Under the pieces are notes generated by a model. That model ran no database searches and had not been told where the DNA came from. It saw only the letters and a list, made by a program, of their open reading frames with translations. Position numbers and translations under genes: made by a program. From Spirochaetota bacterium (lineage in GTDB: Bacteria; Spirochaetota; Spirochaetia; Treponematales; Rectinemataceae): 64,000 nt of DNA. Where the stretch lies: the NCBI GenBank assembly GCA_029778945.1, contig JAKPBN010000382.1:764-64763 (forward strand). The letters run 5' to 3'. Below, in pieces: positions 29,785 to 38,342 of this stretch (the stretch's first letter is position 1; every line of letters begins with the position of its first letter).

Positions 29785-30369
29785 CTAGGCCGAGGGGCCC
29801 CTGCCCGGATTGGCCAGAACCATGTTGCAGAAGAGGGCCCCCTGCTCGATCGCGTCGTCCAGGGCCCGGTGGGTGTGGGGAAGGTCGTCGAGCCAAGCCG
29901 GGGGCAGGCGGCCCTTGCCGCAGTCCCCGTAGCCCTGGCCCAGGAGCGCCATCGCATAACTTCTCATATCCACCCCGTTGTGCCCAAAGGGCGAATGCCC
30001 CAGGAAGCGGTGGCAGTACCAGTAGACGAAGGTAAAGTCAAAGCCCAGGGGCCAGGCCACGAAGACCGGCCGGCCCGGGAGGCCGGCGAGCCAGGCTTCA
30101 TAGTCGGCCATGGCCTTGAGCGGGGGCCGGGGATCCCGGTGGCACTCGGCCCAGGCCTCAGGCTGGCCCGCCCACCAGGCCAGGGTGTCCGGGTGGCCAG
30201 AAGCCCCGGGCAGGGGCTCGAGGTTGGCCTCGAAGGTGGAGACGAGGATTTTCCCGCCCCCGCTAAGCCCATAGGCCGCCGAGGCCAGGCTGAGCATGGA
30301 GTGAGGCCCGGGGATGGGGCCGTCGGTCTCCACATCGGTGCTCACATAGAGCTCGGCCTCGAGGCTCAT
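29785..30369 (-). CDS. DEDDh-type 3'-5' exonuclease (DnaQ/oligoribonuclease-like).
   Basis: Exo I motif [10 protein letters not shown] and Exo III motif HRALDDA. ATGA overlap with the upstream nitroreductase stop. Confidence 0.65.
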   Translation of the reverse strand: MSLEAELYVSTDVETDGPIPGPHSMLSLASAAYGLSGGGKILVSTFEANLEPLPGASGHPDTLAWWAGQPEAWAECHRDPRPPLKAMADYEAWLAGLPGRPVFVAWPLGFDFTFVYWYCHRFLGHSPFGHNGVDMRSYAMALLGQGYGDCGKGRLPPAWLDDLPHTHRALDDAIEQGALFCNMVLANPGRGPSA

Positions 30370-30935
30370 GGGAGGAAGAGCTCCTCCAGGGGCTTGCGGG
30401 TCCGGGGGGCCTCCTCCCGGGCCCTAAGCTTTTCCGGCAGGTCCTCGGGCCTACCCAGGCGGCCCACGGCCACCATGGTCACGGCCTCAAAGTCGGGAGG
30501 CAGGCTAAAGAGCTCCTGGGCCTTCTCGGCCTCAAAGCCGGCCATGTTGTGGACATAGAGGCCCATCGAGGTGGCCTGGCAGGTCAGATTGCCCATGGCC
30601 AGGCCCAGGTCGTAGCGGGCCCAAGGGTGAGGGGCCCCGTCCCGCTCCCGGGTCGTCCTGACCACGGTGAGGATGAGGAGGGGGGCCTTGGGCGCCCAGA
30701 GGTCGTTCCCGGGCTTGAGGCAGGAGACGAGGCGGGCGTGGCGCTCGCCCCCGTCCCTCTCGGCCCAGGCAAAACGCCAGGGCTGGCCATTGTTGGCCGA
30801 GGCCGCCCACCGGGCCGCCTCAAAGAGGGAGAGGACGGTTTCCCGGCCCAGGAGGGCCTCGTCAAAGGCCAGGGGGCTCCAGCGCCTCTGGATAAACTCA
30901 TGGACGGGATGGTCAAAGCTGGGTATCGGTTTCAT
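30366..30935 (-). CDS. Nitroreductase family protein.
   Basis: ...[34 protein letters not shown]... matches a nitroreductase fold. Confidence 0.65.
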   Translation of the reverse strand: MKPIPSFDHPVHEFIQRRWSPLAFDEALLGRETVLSLFEAARWAASANNGQPWRFAWAERDGGERHARLVSCLKPGNDLWAPKAPLLILTVVRTTRERDGAPHPWARYDLGLAMGNLTCQATSMGLYVHNMAGFEAEKAQELFSLPPDFEAVTMVAVGRLGRPEDLPEKLRAREEAPRTRKPLEELFLP

Positions 30936-30943
30936 AGGCTTAA

Positions 30944-31432
30944 CTATCGTCCTTCCGGCCCGGCCGGCAAGGCCCAGCTGGGCCAGGGATGCTTGGCTAG
31001 CTGGGAATTGAAATAGCGCCGGTCGTCGGACACCTCCTTGAGGATCCAAGGCGGAAGGTCCACCACGGCGTCCGCCGACTCGAGCTCCAGCTCGGCCAAG
31101 ACAAGGCCCTCGTTGGCCCCGTGGAAGATGTCGACCTCCCAGGTCTGGCCGGCGTAGGGCACGAGGCAGCGGGTCTTGTCCACAAAGGGCCGCTCGCAGA
31201 GGGTGTCGAGGATCTCCCGGGCATCCGCCACGGGGATGGGGTACTCGTATTCCGCCCGGGAGAGGCCGTCGTTGGCGCCCTTGATGGTGATCCGGGCCTC
31301 GTCCCCGATCAGGCGGATCCGCACAACCCGCTCCTTGGCCGAGGAGAGGTAGCCCTGGACTATGGCCTTGCCGGGGCCCTGGGGCCTCCAGTCCGGGATG
31401 ACCAGGAATTTGCGCTCGATCTCAGTGCCCAC
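30944..31432 (-). CDS. CYTH-domain protein (triphosphate tunnel metalloenzyme; CyaB/thiamine-triphosphatase-like).
   Basis: N-terminal EIERKFLV signature and overall CYTH length (162 aa). Confidence 0.7.
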   Translation of the reverse strand: MGTEIERKFLVIPDWRPQGPGKAIVQGYLSSAKERVVRIRLIGDEARITIKGANDGLSRAEYEYPIPVADAREILDTLCERPFVDKTRCLVPYAGQTWEVDIFHGANEGLVLAELELESADAVVDLPPWILKEVSDDRRYFNSQLAKHPWPSWALPAGPEGR

Positions 31433-31453
31433 GGTATGCCTCCAAAGTCGCCA

Positions 31454-32548
31454 TCATACCCCGACCTCCCCCTTCCCGAGGAGGGCCTGTCCAAGGGTCT
31501 CGAGGAGGGGCTCGAGGGCGGCCATGAGGCGGGAGTCCTCACCGTAGACCGAGAGGCGGGCCCCGTTAAGGACCTTGGAGGCCGCGTCCGCCAGGAGGGG
31601 CCGTTGCTCCAGGGGCAGCATCTCCAGGGCCAGGCCGTGCTCGGCCCGCTTGGAGGCAAAGTCCCGCTCGACCTCGAGGCGGCTCTTCTCGGCCTCGAGG
31701 CCCAGCTCCTCCAGGGTAGCCCGGAGGGCCGCGAGGGCCGCCTCGTGCCGGAGGCGCGCCACCGGGGCCTCGGCCTCCAGGGCCTCCCGCTCGGCGGCGA
31801 CCCGGAGCTCGAGCTTGCCCCGCTCGACCTCGGCCTTGGTGCGCTCGGTCTCCAGGGACTCCCGCTCCTTCCTCCTCTGGATCGAGGCCGCCAGGGCGAG
31901 CTTCTCCTCCTCCAGGGCGGCCTTCTGCCGCTCGGTCTCCAGGGCTTCCCGCTGGATGCGCCGCTCGGAGTTGATCACCGCGAGCTTGACCGTCTCCTCC
32001 GCCTGGAGCTCGGCCCGCTCGCTCGTCACCTTGATCTCGTTCCTCGTGCCCGCCTCGAGCTGGAGCCTAAGGCCCGAGTCGACGATGTAGACCTGGGCGA
32101 CCTGGACCACCTCGATGGAGATGCCCCAGCCCTCCCCTCCCTGGCCCACGAGGGCCTCGAGGGCGGCCTTGACGGCCCCGGTCATCGTGGTCTTGCGCTG
32201 CTCGATGCACTCGAGCATGGTCATCCGGGACACGAGGTCCCGCAGCTCCCCCAGGCTGGACTGGGTGAGGAGGGCCGAGATGGCGGAAGCGCCCTCGCCA
32301 CGGGAAAAGTCAAAGAGGGTGGCGGCCACCTCGGGCCTCACGATCCGCCAGATCACGATGCCCTTGAAGCGCAGGGGGATCCCGTCCTTGGTCTCCTGGG
32401 TCATCTCAAAGGCCGACTCAAGCTGGGTGCCCGGGACCTTTACCCAGGCCGTCCCCGGCAGGAGGTGGGCGTTGGCCGCCTCCCCCCGATTCACAAGGTG
32501 CCCTCGGCGGGCTACGACGAGATACTCTCCTGGCTTGGTCCTTGGCAT
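31454..32548 (-). CDS. SPFH (band-7/flotillin-like) domain protein with long Glu/Ala/Leu/Arg-rich coiled-coil tail.
   Basis: ATG 32546-48 with SD AGGAGG. SPFH-like N-domain, then EA-rich heptads. Confidence 0.65.
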   Translation of the reverse strand: MPRTKPGEYLVVARRGHLVNRGEAANAHLLPGTAWVKVPGTQLESAFEMTQETKDGIPLRFKGIVIWRIVRPEVAATLFDFSRGEGASAISALLTQSSLGELRDLVSRMTMLECIEQRKTTMTGAVKAALEALVGQGGEGWGISIEVVQVAQVYIVDSGLRLQLEAGTRNEIKVTSERAELQAEETVKLAVINSERRIQREALETERQKAALEEEKLALAASIQRRKERESLETERTKAEVERGKLELRVAAEREALEAEAPVARLRHEAALAALRATLEELGLEAEKSRLEVERDFASKRAEHGLALEMLPLEQRPLLADAASKVLNGARLSVYGEDSRLMAALEPLLETLGQALLGKGEVGV

Positions 32549-32606
32549 GGTGGCCTCCTGTTGGTCTGGCCCTAGGATGGCCCGAGAAGCACACATAAGT
32601 AAAATC

Positions 32607-32625
32607 GATTGTTTTTATGACAATC
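32607..32625. promoter_or_regulatory. Perfect inverted repeat GATTGT-N7-ACAATC (LysR-type T-N11-A-like box) in the AT-rich divergent intergenic region between the LysR gene and the flotillin-CYTH operon.
   Basis: Palindrome read directly. Position is typical for LysR autoregulation and target control. Confidence 0.5.
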
Positions 32626-32663
32626 ATCATTTATTCTGATGCTACATCAAGGAGGGGGTGACG

Positions 32664-33533
32664 ATGGACCTCTTTGGATTGCGCTGCTTTGTGGAGATCG
32701 TCCGGGCCGGGGGCTTTACCCGGGCGGCCGAGGCCCTGGGCCGGACCCAGCCCGCGGTCAGCGCCCAGGTCAAGCGGCTCGAGGAAAGCCTGGGCGGTCC
32801 CCTCATAGACCGCTCGGCCCCGGGCCTTGTGCTCACCGAACTGGGCAGGCAGCTCCTGCCCCGGGCCGAGGGCCTCCTGGAAGGAATCGACGACCTGGAG
32901 AGGGAAATGCTCGCCGGGGATGGCCAGGCCCGAGGCCGGGTGACTATCGCCACAGGCCTCTCGGTGATCGAGGGCCTCCTGCCCGCCATCCTGGGCAGCT
33001 TCCGGGCCCGCCACCCTTTAGTGCGCATAACCCTCCTCAACCGTCCCGGGGAGGGCATCTACCGGGCCTTGCTGGACGCCCGGGCCGACCTGGGCCTGGG
33101 CTGGCTCCTTGGGCAGAGGCCGCGGATCCAGGCCGAGGCCATAGGGGAAGTCCGCTTCTACCTGGCCAGGAGAAAGACCCGCCAGGCCCGGGGCCAAGGC
33201 CGGCTCGAGGACCTCCTCGCGGGCCCCCTCCTGGCCTTCGAGAAGGGCATCGATCTGCGGAACTATGCCGAGGGAAGGCTCGGCCCCCTCGAGGCTTTTC
33301 TTGAACTGCCCAGCGTCGAGGCCCTCCTCCGCTATGCCGAGAGGGGCTTTGGGACCGCCCTCGTCCCCCTCCTCTCGGGGGTCCGCCAAAGCCCGGCCCT
33401 GGAATGGCTGGACCTTTCGGACACCGTGCCGCCCCTTGCCCTCGAACTCTACCGCCGGGAAGGTGCGCCCGGCTCGGCAGCCCAGGCCCTCCTCGTCGAG
33501 GCGATCCGACAGGGCCGGGACACCGGAGACTAA
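32664..33533 (+). CDS. LysR-family transcriptional regulator.
   Basis: N-terminal HTH (LRCFVEIVRAGGFTRAAEALGRTQPAVSAQVKRLEESLG). SD GGAGGGGG before ATG 32664. Confidence 0.85.
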   Translation: MDLFGLRCFVEIVRAGGFTRAAEALGRTQPAVSAQVKRLEESLGGPLIDRSAPGLVLTELGRQLLPRAEGLLEGIDDLEREMLAGDGQARGRVTIATGLSVIEGLLPAILGSFRARHPLVRITLLNRPGEGIYRALLDARADLGLGWLLGQRPRIQAEAIGEVRFYLARRKTRQARGQGRLEDLLAGPLLAFEKGIDLRNYAEGRLGPLEAFLELPSVEALLRYAERGFGTALVPLLSGVRQSPALEWLDLSDTVPPLALELYRREGAPGSAAQALLVEAIRQGRDTGD

Positions 33534-33550
33534 AGGAGCGTCGATAGGCC

Positions 33551-33578
33551 TTGACCTGCCCCCCACAGGATGTACTAT
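33551..33578 (+). promoter_or_regulatory. Sigma70-like promoter (-35 TTGACC, 16-nt spacer, -10 TACTAT) upstream of the M50 protease gene.
   Basis: Hexamers read directly. An AT-rich leader with AAAGGAA lies before ATG 33626. Confidence 0.45.
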
Positions 33579-33625
33579 GGAAAAGGTCTGGATCATCAAT
33601 AGAATAAAATTCAAAAAGGAACACC

Positions 33626-34981
33626 ATGAAAGCTAAAAAAACGGTGACCGACGCCAACCTGGACCAGATCGTGGATATTGAGAATTTCCTGATCCCCGAG
33701 ATGTCCAAGCGCGAGGCCGCCAAGGGCACGGCCAACTCCCTTGCCATCCTCCTGACCACCATTGTGCTTTTCTTTTCCACCAAGCTCGTCTCCTTCAAGG
33801 TCGCTGACATAGTCATCCTCATCCTCGTGCTGCTCTTTCACGAGACCGGGCATTGGCTGATGATGAAGGCCTTTGGCTATCGAGACGTGAAGATGTTCTT
33901 TATCCCCTTCTTTGGAGCGGCGGTCAGCGGGAAAGGCCGGAAGGAAAGCGCGGTCAAACGCTGCCTAGTCTCCCTCGCAGGACCCTTGCCGGGCATCCTC
34001 CTGGCCCTACTTCTCTACTGGCTTTTTAGCTTGACCAAGGATTTCCTCCTGCTCAAGACGGCAAAGGTCCTCCTGGCCCTGAACCTGTTCAACTTCCTTC
34101 CCCTGATGCCCATGGATGGAGGCAGGTATGTCGATGCCCTCTTCATGGAGCGGCGGGGCTTCCGCCTATTCTTCTCTAGCCTGGGCATCTTGGCCTTCCT
34201 CGCGTTTGGCGCGGTCAACCTAGACATCATCCTCGTCCTCGTGGGTCTCGCAACTCTCATTTCGGCAATTGGCGAATTCCGGCTGGGCGGCCTGACCCGG
34301 CGCCTCGCGGCCGAGGGGATCAGGCCTAGTTCCATCGCTGCCCTCCTGGAGGATCGGCCAAGCCTCCGGAGGACCCTCGTGGGACTCTACTCGACCACTC
34401 CCCGGGCCTTTGAGCCCGAGCCCATTGCCGCTAAAATCCACAATGGTCTTGTGTCGGTGGTGGACAACCTGAGGATTAAACCCGCCAGGGCCGCGGCCAA
34501 AGTAAGTCTCCTTGGCCTCTACCTCATCCTCCTCCTAGGCGCATCGGTCGCTACCTTCATCCTCATCGCCGCGGATCTCCAGGAAACCATGGTTACCCGC
34601 CAGATAGAGGGCCAGGCCGTCAATTTCTCCCAGCGCAGTCTTTTCAGGGAGCTGGCCTCCGAGATCCCCCTGGACGAAAAAGACCTCTACCATGGGAGAG
34701 GCCTGACCTTTTACGATGGGAAGACCGAACTGGTCGCGGAGGAGTTCTGGTACGACCATGGGATACGGGTGGGCACCTGGACGGATTTCAGCCGCCAGGG
34801 GCTGGCTACTCGTATGGAGCATTACTCCCAAGGGAGGCTCACATCCTTGGAGTCCATCGAGGACGGGGTCTGGAAAACCATGGCCGCCGGAGAACTCGGC
34901 TTTGGCCCACGACTAGAAGAGTGGATTCTAAGCCATGCCCGGCCACGGAAATCCCTTTACCAGGAATTCGCACAGAACTAA
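33626..34981 (+). CDS. Membrane zinc metalloprotease of the M50 (site-2 protease) type with C-terminal MORN-like repeat region.
   Basis: HExxH in a hydrophobic segment (LLFHETGHWLMMKAFG), multiple TM helices, and a C-terminal YDHGIRVGTWTDF...G repeat motif. Confidence 0.65.
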   Translation: MKAKKTVTDANLDQIVDIENFLIPEMSKREAAKGTANSLAILLTTIVLFFSTKLVSFKVADIVILILVLLFHETGHWLMMKAFGYRDVKMFFIPFFGAAVSGKGRKESAVKRCLVSLAGPLPGILLALLLYWLFSLTKDFLLLKTAKVLLALNLFNFLPLMPMDGGRYVDALFMERRGFRLFFSSLGILAFLAFGAVNLDIILVLVGLATLISAIGEFRLGGLTRRLAAEGIRPSSIAALLEDRPSLRRTLVGLYSTTPRAFEPEPIAAKIHNGLVSVVDNLRIKPARAAAKVSLLGLYLILLLGASVATFILIAADLQETMVTRQIEGQAVNFSQRSLFRELASEIPLDEKDLYHGRGLTFYDGKTELVAEEFWYDHGIRVGTWTDFSRQGLATRMEHYSQGRLTSLESIEDGVWKTMAAGELGFGPRLEEWILSHARPRKSLYQEFAQN

Positions 34982-34995
34982 GCCCTGGGGCCAGG

Positions 34996-35793
34996 CTAGT
35001 GCCCTTGCCTGCTACAGTTGTCCAGGTAGAAGGCTGCGGCTCCGTCCTCGGGGAGGATCTCTAGGACAAGCTTAAAGAAGTAGCTCGCCCCGCCGAAATC
35101 CTTCTGGTAATACGCGAGCATTCCCTGCTCAAACAGGCTACCAGCTCTCTGCTTGCGCTCGAAAAGCTCGGGAGAGACCCCGTCGAAAATCTCAAAAACG
35201 GAGACCGGGGCTTCCTTGCCTTCTATCTTAACCTTGCCAAGGAAACGGTACTTGTAGTCCGCCGGGGCGGCAAGCGTCTTGAAGGCCTCCTCCCCGAGAA
35301 GGAGGGGGGAAACAAATGACTTGGCGGCTTGCATTAGGCGAAAGGCCAGATCCACCGGAGGCCCGAGGGAAAGGCTGGCCCCAAGGCCGGCTAGGCCCGG
35401 CGGCAGCATGAGGCAGGGGCCGGTGTCGATCCCAAAGCGAGGCTCAAGAGCCTCCTTGCCTTGCGCCTTCCTCTCCTCATTAAGCGCCACCATGGAAGAC
35501 TGGACTTCGATCCCTGCGCCCACGGCGGTGTCCGTGCACTCTGGCCCCTCGAAGATCGCCTTGATGGTCTCCCCGGCCAGGCTCTCGATCCGGCCCCCGG
35601 CTCGAAGTATTGGCGGGCAAGCCCGGGCCAGCCAAGACTCGAGCAAGGCCGCTCGCTCACTGAGCGAGAGGCCCTGGCAGACTCCCATAGAGTCCGTGAG
35701 GGCCAGGAAAAGCACCGCAACCCTTCTCTCGCCCGGCTCGGCCGGGGGCAGGGGCTTTTCTGCATCTTTCAGCGACCGCCTGCTGAATTGCAT
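34996..35793 (-). CDS. Degenerate class-III adenylate/guanylate cyclase-like (CHD) domain protein with C-terminal TPR-like tail.
   Basis: RRVAVLFLALTDSMG, GRIESLAGETIKAIFEG, RFGIDTGPCL and LGKVKIEGKEAPVSVFEI align to CHD core blocks, but a metal-binding Asp is replaced (GE instead of GD). SD GGAGGA upstream of ATG 35793. Confidence 0.5.
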   Translation of the reverse strand: MQFSRRSLKDAEKPLPPAEPGERRVAVLFLALTDSMGVCQGLSLSERAALLESWLARACPPILRAGGRIESLAGETIKAIFEGPECTDTAVGAGIEVQSSMVALNEERKAQGKEALEPRFGIDTGPCLMLPPGLAGLGASLSLGPPVDLAFRLMQAAKSFVSPLLLGEEAFKTLAAPADYKYRFLGKVKIEGKEAPVSVFEIFDGVSPELFERKQRAGSLFEQGMLAYYQKDFGGASYFFKLVLEILPEDGAAAFYLDNCSRQGH

Positions 35794-35843
35794 GAGTCCT
35801 CCAAGCGCCCCATTCTGGGGCCAGGAACCGGGCCTGGGCAAGC

Positions 35844-36443
35844 TTACTCGTCGAACGGCTCGAGCTCCTCGAGGAGATCGTCCGCCGAAAGGTCGAGCTC
35901 GGCCTTCATCTCCTCGATGCGTTCCGCCCGGATGCGGTCATTGACCTCACTGAGGCGGGAGCCCAGGATTTCATCAAAGAGGCCCACCACGAGTTGGAGG
36001 GGCCGGGCTATGGGCCGGATACGCCGGAGCTCCCGGCCGGCCTCCTCCTCGTCCCCATGGATGAGGTAGAGGAGTCCCAGGGCCACCGCAGGGGAACGGG
36101 AGAGGCCGCCCCAGCAATGGACGGTCCAGCCATCGGCGCGGCCCCGGGTCTCCTCGTAGAAGCGCACAACTTTCTCTATATCCTTCCTGAGGGCGATGCG
36201 CCGGGGTCGCATGTGGACCAGCTGGGCCTTGGTGTCCGCGTCAAAAAAGCCGAGACGCAAAACGTCGGGGAAGCTGGCCCTGAAGGCGGGCGGCACAAAG
36301 GTCCCTGGAGGCGTTCGGCCAAGGGGATAGCGTGGATTGCCAATGGAGACGAGGGCCGAGGTGTGGGCCTCCCCCCGGGCCAGGCGCTCCTGGAGCTCGG
36401 TCTCCCCATAGACCTCGACCCGGGGCCGGTCTGGGGCCTTCAT
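35844..36443 (-). CDS. CX5R phosphatase-like protein (VHCWGGLSRS), second paralog. Translationally coupled by an ATGA overlap to the upstream STAS gene.
   Basis: P-loop signature. ATG at 36441-43 overlaps the TGA of the 36440-37000 ORF. Confidence 0.7.
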   Translation of the reverse strand: MKAPDRPRVEVYGETELQERLARGEAHTSALVSIGNPRYPLGRTPPGTFVPPAFRASFPDVLRLGFFDADTKAQLVHMRPRRIALRKDIEKVVRFYEETRGRADGWTVHCWGGLSRSPAVALGLLYLIHGDEEEAGRELRRIRPIARPLQLVVGLFDEILGSRLSEVNDRIRAERIEEMKAELDLSADDLLEELEPFDE

Positions 36444-37000
36444 GCGAGGAAAACCTCCCCCTTCGCGCTTATGGACAAGGCAGTCTTGCACTCGGCGCAG
36501 GTCGCCCGGCCAGGCTTCGCGACCCGCCAGCGCCGATCGCAGATGGGGCAGGCAAAGGCATAGGGAAAGTTGACCGGGCCTGGGATAGGGTCGGGCTCCT
36601 TGAGCGCGGCAATGGCCTGGGCTGGGGTATCGGTGACCTTAAAGAACTGGCTGAAGCCTAGGAGCTGGAATATCTCAAAGACCGGTGGCGGTACGGAGCA
36701 GAGGGCCATGTCCCCGCCTCTCTCCCTCAGGCGCTTATAGATGGCGATGAGGGACCCAAGGCCAGGGGAGCCATCGTACTTCAGGCCGGAGAGATCGAGG
36801 ACGAGGCGGATAAAGCCAACCTCGATCGCCAGCCCGACCTGAACCATGAAGCGCTCGGCGGCAGGGGATGACATAAGGCCCTCTACCCTGAGGAGAAGGC
36901 CTCCCTCGAGTTCCTCGATCCTGCCCAGCCCCACCTGGACCCCGGTCCCGGCAATCGCGTCAAAGCCCGGAACGATGTCATCGTTCCCCATCGCTAGCAT
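36440..37000 (-). CDS. STAS (anti-sigma-factor-antagonist-like) domain fused to C-terminal zinc ribbon, copy 3 (phospho-site region degenerate: DGSPGLG).
   Basis: N-terminus MGNDDIVPGFDA. STAS core, then CPICDRRW...CAEC. Confidence 0.7.
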   Translation of the reverse strand: MLAMGNDDIVPGFDAIAGTGVQVGLGRIEELEGGLLLRVEGLMSSPAAERFMVQVGLAIEVGFIRLVLDLSGLKYDGSPGLGSLIAIYKRLRERGGDMALCSVPPPVFEIFQLLGFSQFFKVTDTPAQAIAALKEPDPIPGPVNFPYAFACPICDRRWRVAKPGRATCAECKTALSISAKGEVFLA

Positions 37001-37021
37001 GGCCCTCGGTTGGGGCAGGCC

Positions 37022-37573
37022 CTAGCCAAGGTGGACCTCTCCGGCCTCGCCGATGATGAGGCGGGTATTGCAGTCCGGGCAGCAGAAGGGCCCCGGGGCC
37101 GAGGCGCTATGGGGGAGGTTGCAGATGGGACAGCTAAAGCGCCGAGGAAATGCGGGTACCTGCTCCTCGGCCCGGACCCTGAGAAAATGGGCCTTGGCGT
37201 CCTCGAGGGAATCCACAAAGGCAAAGAACTGCCCGAAGCCCATCATCTCCACGGTCGCCAGGGGCTTGGGATGGCAATTGAGGATCACCATGTCCCCGGA
37301 GAGGGGCCTCACCTTCTTGAGTATGGCCGAGAGGCTTCCTATGCCGGTGCTGCTGATGTATTCCAAGCCGGGGCACTCGAGGACAACCCGGCGAAAGCCC
37401 GCATCGATGGCCAGGATGACCTTGCGCAGGAAGGCAGGAGAGGTCTGGGTATCAAGATAGCCCTTGAGGCCTATGACGAGGCCAGCCTCCAGCCCCTCAA
37501 GGGACCGCAGGCTGAGCTCGATCCCAAAGCAAACCTCGTCGTCAAAGCCGGGAACCAGGTCATTATTATTCAT
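37022..37573 (-). CDS. STAS domain plus C-terminal zinc ribbon, copy 2 (ISSTGIG phospho-site-like motif).
   Basis: ATG 37571-73 (MNNNDLVPGFDD) with GGAG SD. C-terminus CPICN...CCPDC. Confidence 0.7.
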   Translation of the reverse strand: MNNNDLVPGFDDEVCFGIELSLRSLEGLEAGLVIGLKGYLDTQTSPAFLRKVILAIDAGFRRVVLECPGLEYISSTGIGSLSAILKKVRPLSGDMVILNCHPKPLATVEMMGFGQFFAFVDSLEDAKAHFLRVRAEEQVPAFPRRFSCPICNLPHSASAPGPFCCPDCNTRLIIGEAGEVHLG

Positions 37574-37598
37574 AGTTGCCCCTTTTAATCTCCGTATC

Positions 37599-38150
37599 TC
37601 ATTGGACAAAGACCTCGCCCTTTTCCGTGACCAGGAAGGAGGTCCTGCACTTTGTGCACCGGTAGAGGCCTGGGGATCTCACAAGGAGAGGGTGGGCGCA
37701 CAGGGGGCAGGGGAAATGCTTAGGGAAGGCCTGGGCGTCGCCGGAGGCTCCAGGGGACATAAAATGGTCCCGGGCCTCCGCCAGAGTAGCGGCAAAGTTA
37801 AAGTACTGGCTAAAGCCGATGAGGTCCAGGGTGGCCTTGGCCTTTGGGGCGCAGTCCAGAATGACAAGGTCGCCACCCAGGGGCTTGAGCCGCTTGCTCA
37901 GGGCGGTGAGGCAGCCGATCCCAGAGCTGGAGACAAAGCCCAGGCCGGCGGCGCCGAGGATGAGATTCCGGTAGCCGCCCTCGATGGCCTTCATGGCCCG
38001 GCCTTGGAGCGAAGCCGAGGTGTGGGCGTCCAAGTCGCCCACAAGCTCGATGAGGAGGCATCCCTCCAGGCCCGCGACAAGCTCGAGCCTCAGGGAAAGG
38101 CCGTCCCGCAGCTCGTCGTCAAAACCGGGCACAATGTCGTTGTTCGCCAT
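37599..38150 (-). CDS. STAS domain plus C-terminal zinc ribbon, copy 1 (VSSSGIG motif).
   Basis: ATG 38148-50 (MANNDIVPGFDD). C-terminus CPLCAH...CTKC. Confidence 0.7.
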   Translation of the reverse strand: MANNDIVPGFDDELRDGLSLRLELVAGLEGCLLIELVGDLDAHTSASLQGRAMKAIEGGYRNLILGAAGLGFVSSSGIGCLTALSKRLKPLGGDLVILDCAPKAKATLDLIGFSQYFNFAATLAEARDHFMSPGASGDAQAFPKHFPCPLCAHPLLVRSPGLYRCTKCRTSFLVTEKGEVFVQ

Positions 38151-38342
38151 GGCAATCCTTCCTTGCGTCCCGGGACCAGTCATAAAGCCCAAGCCTGGGC
38201 TCGCTCCGAAAGAAAGGATAGTGCAGGATCGTTGAATCGGCCATAGCAATTGAGAACCGGGCAGCAGGGAAGAGTAAGCCGCTTCCGAGCCGTCGTTGAA
38301 GCGAAAGTCCCGAAAATCCCAGAGGGGCAGGAGGGTCGGGAA

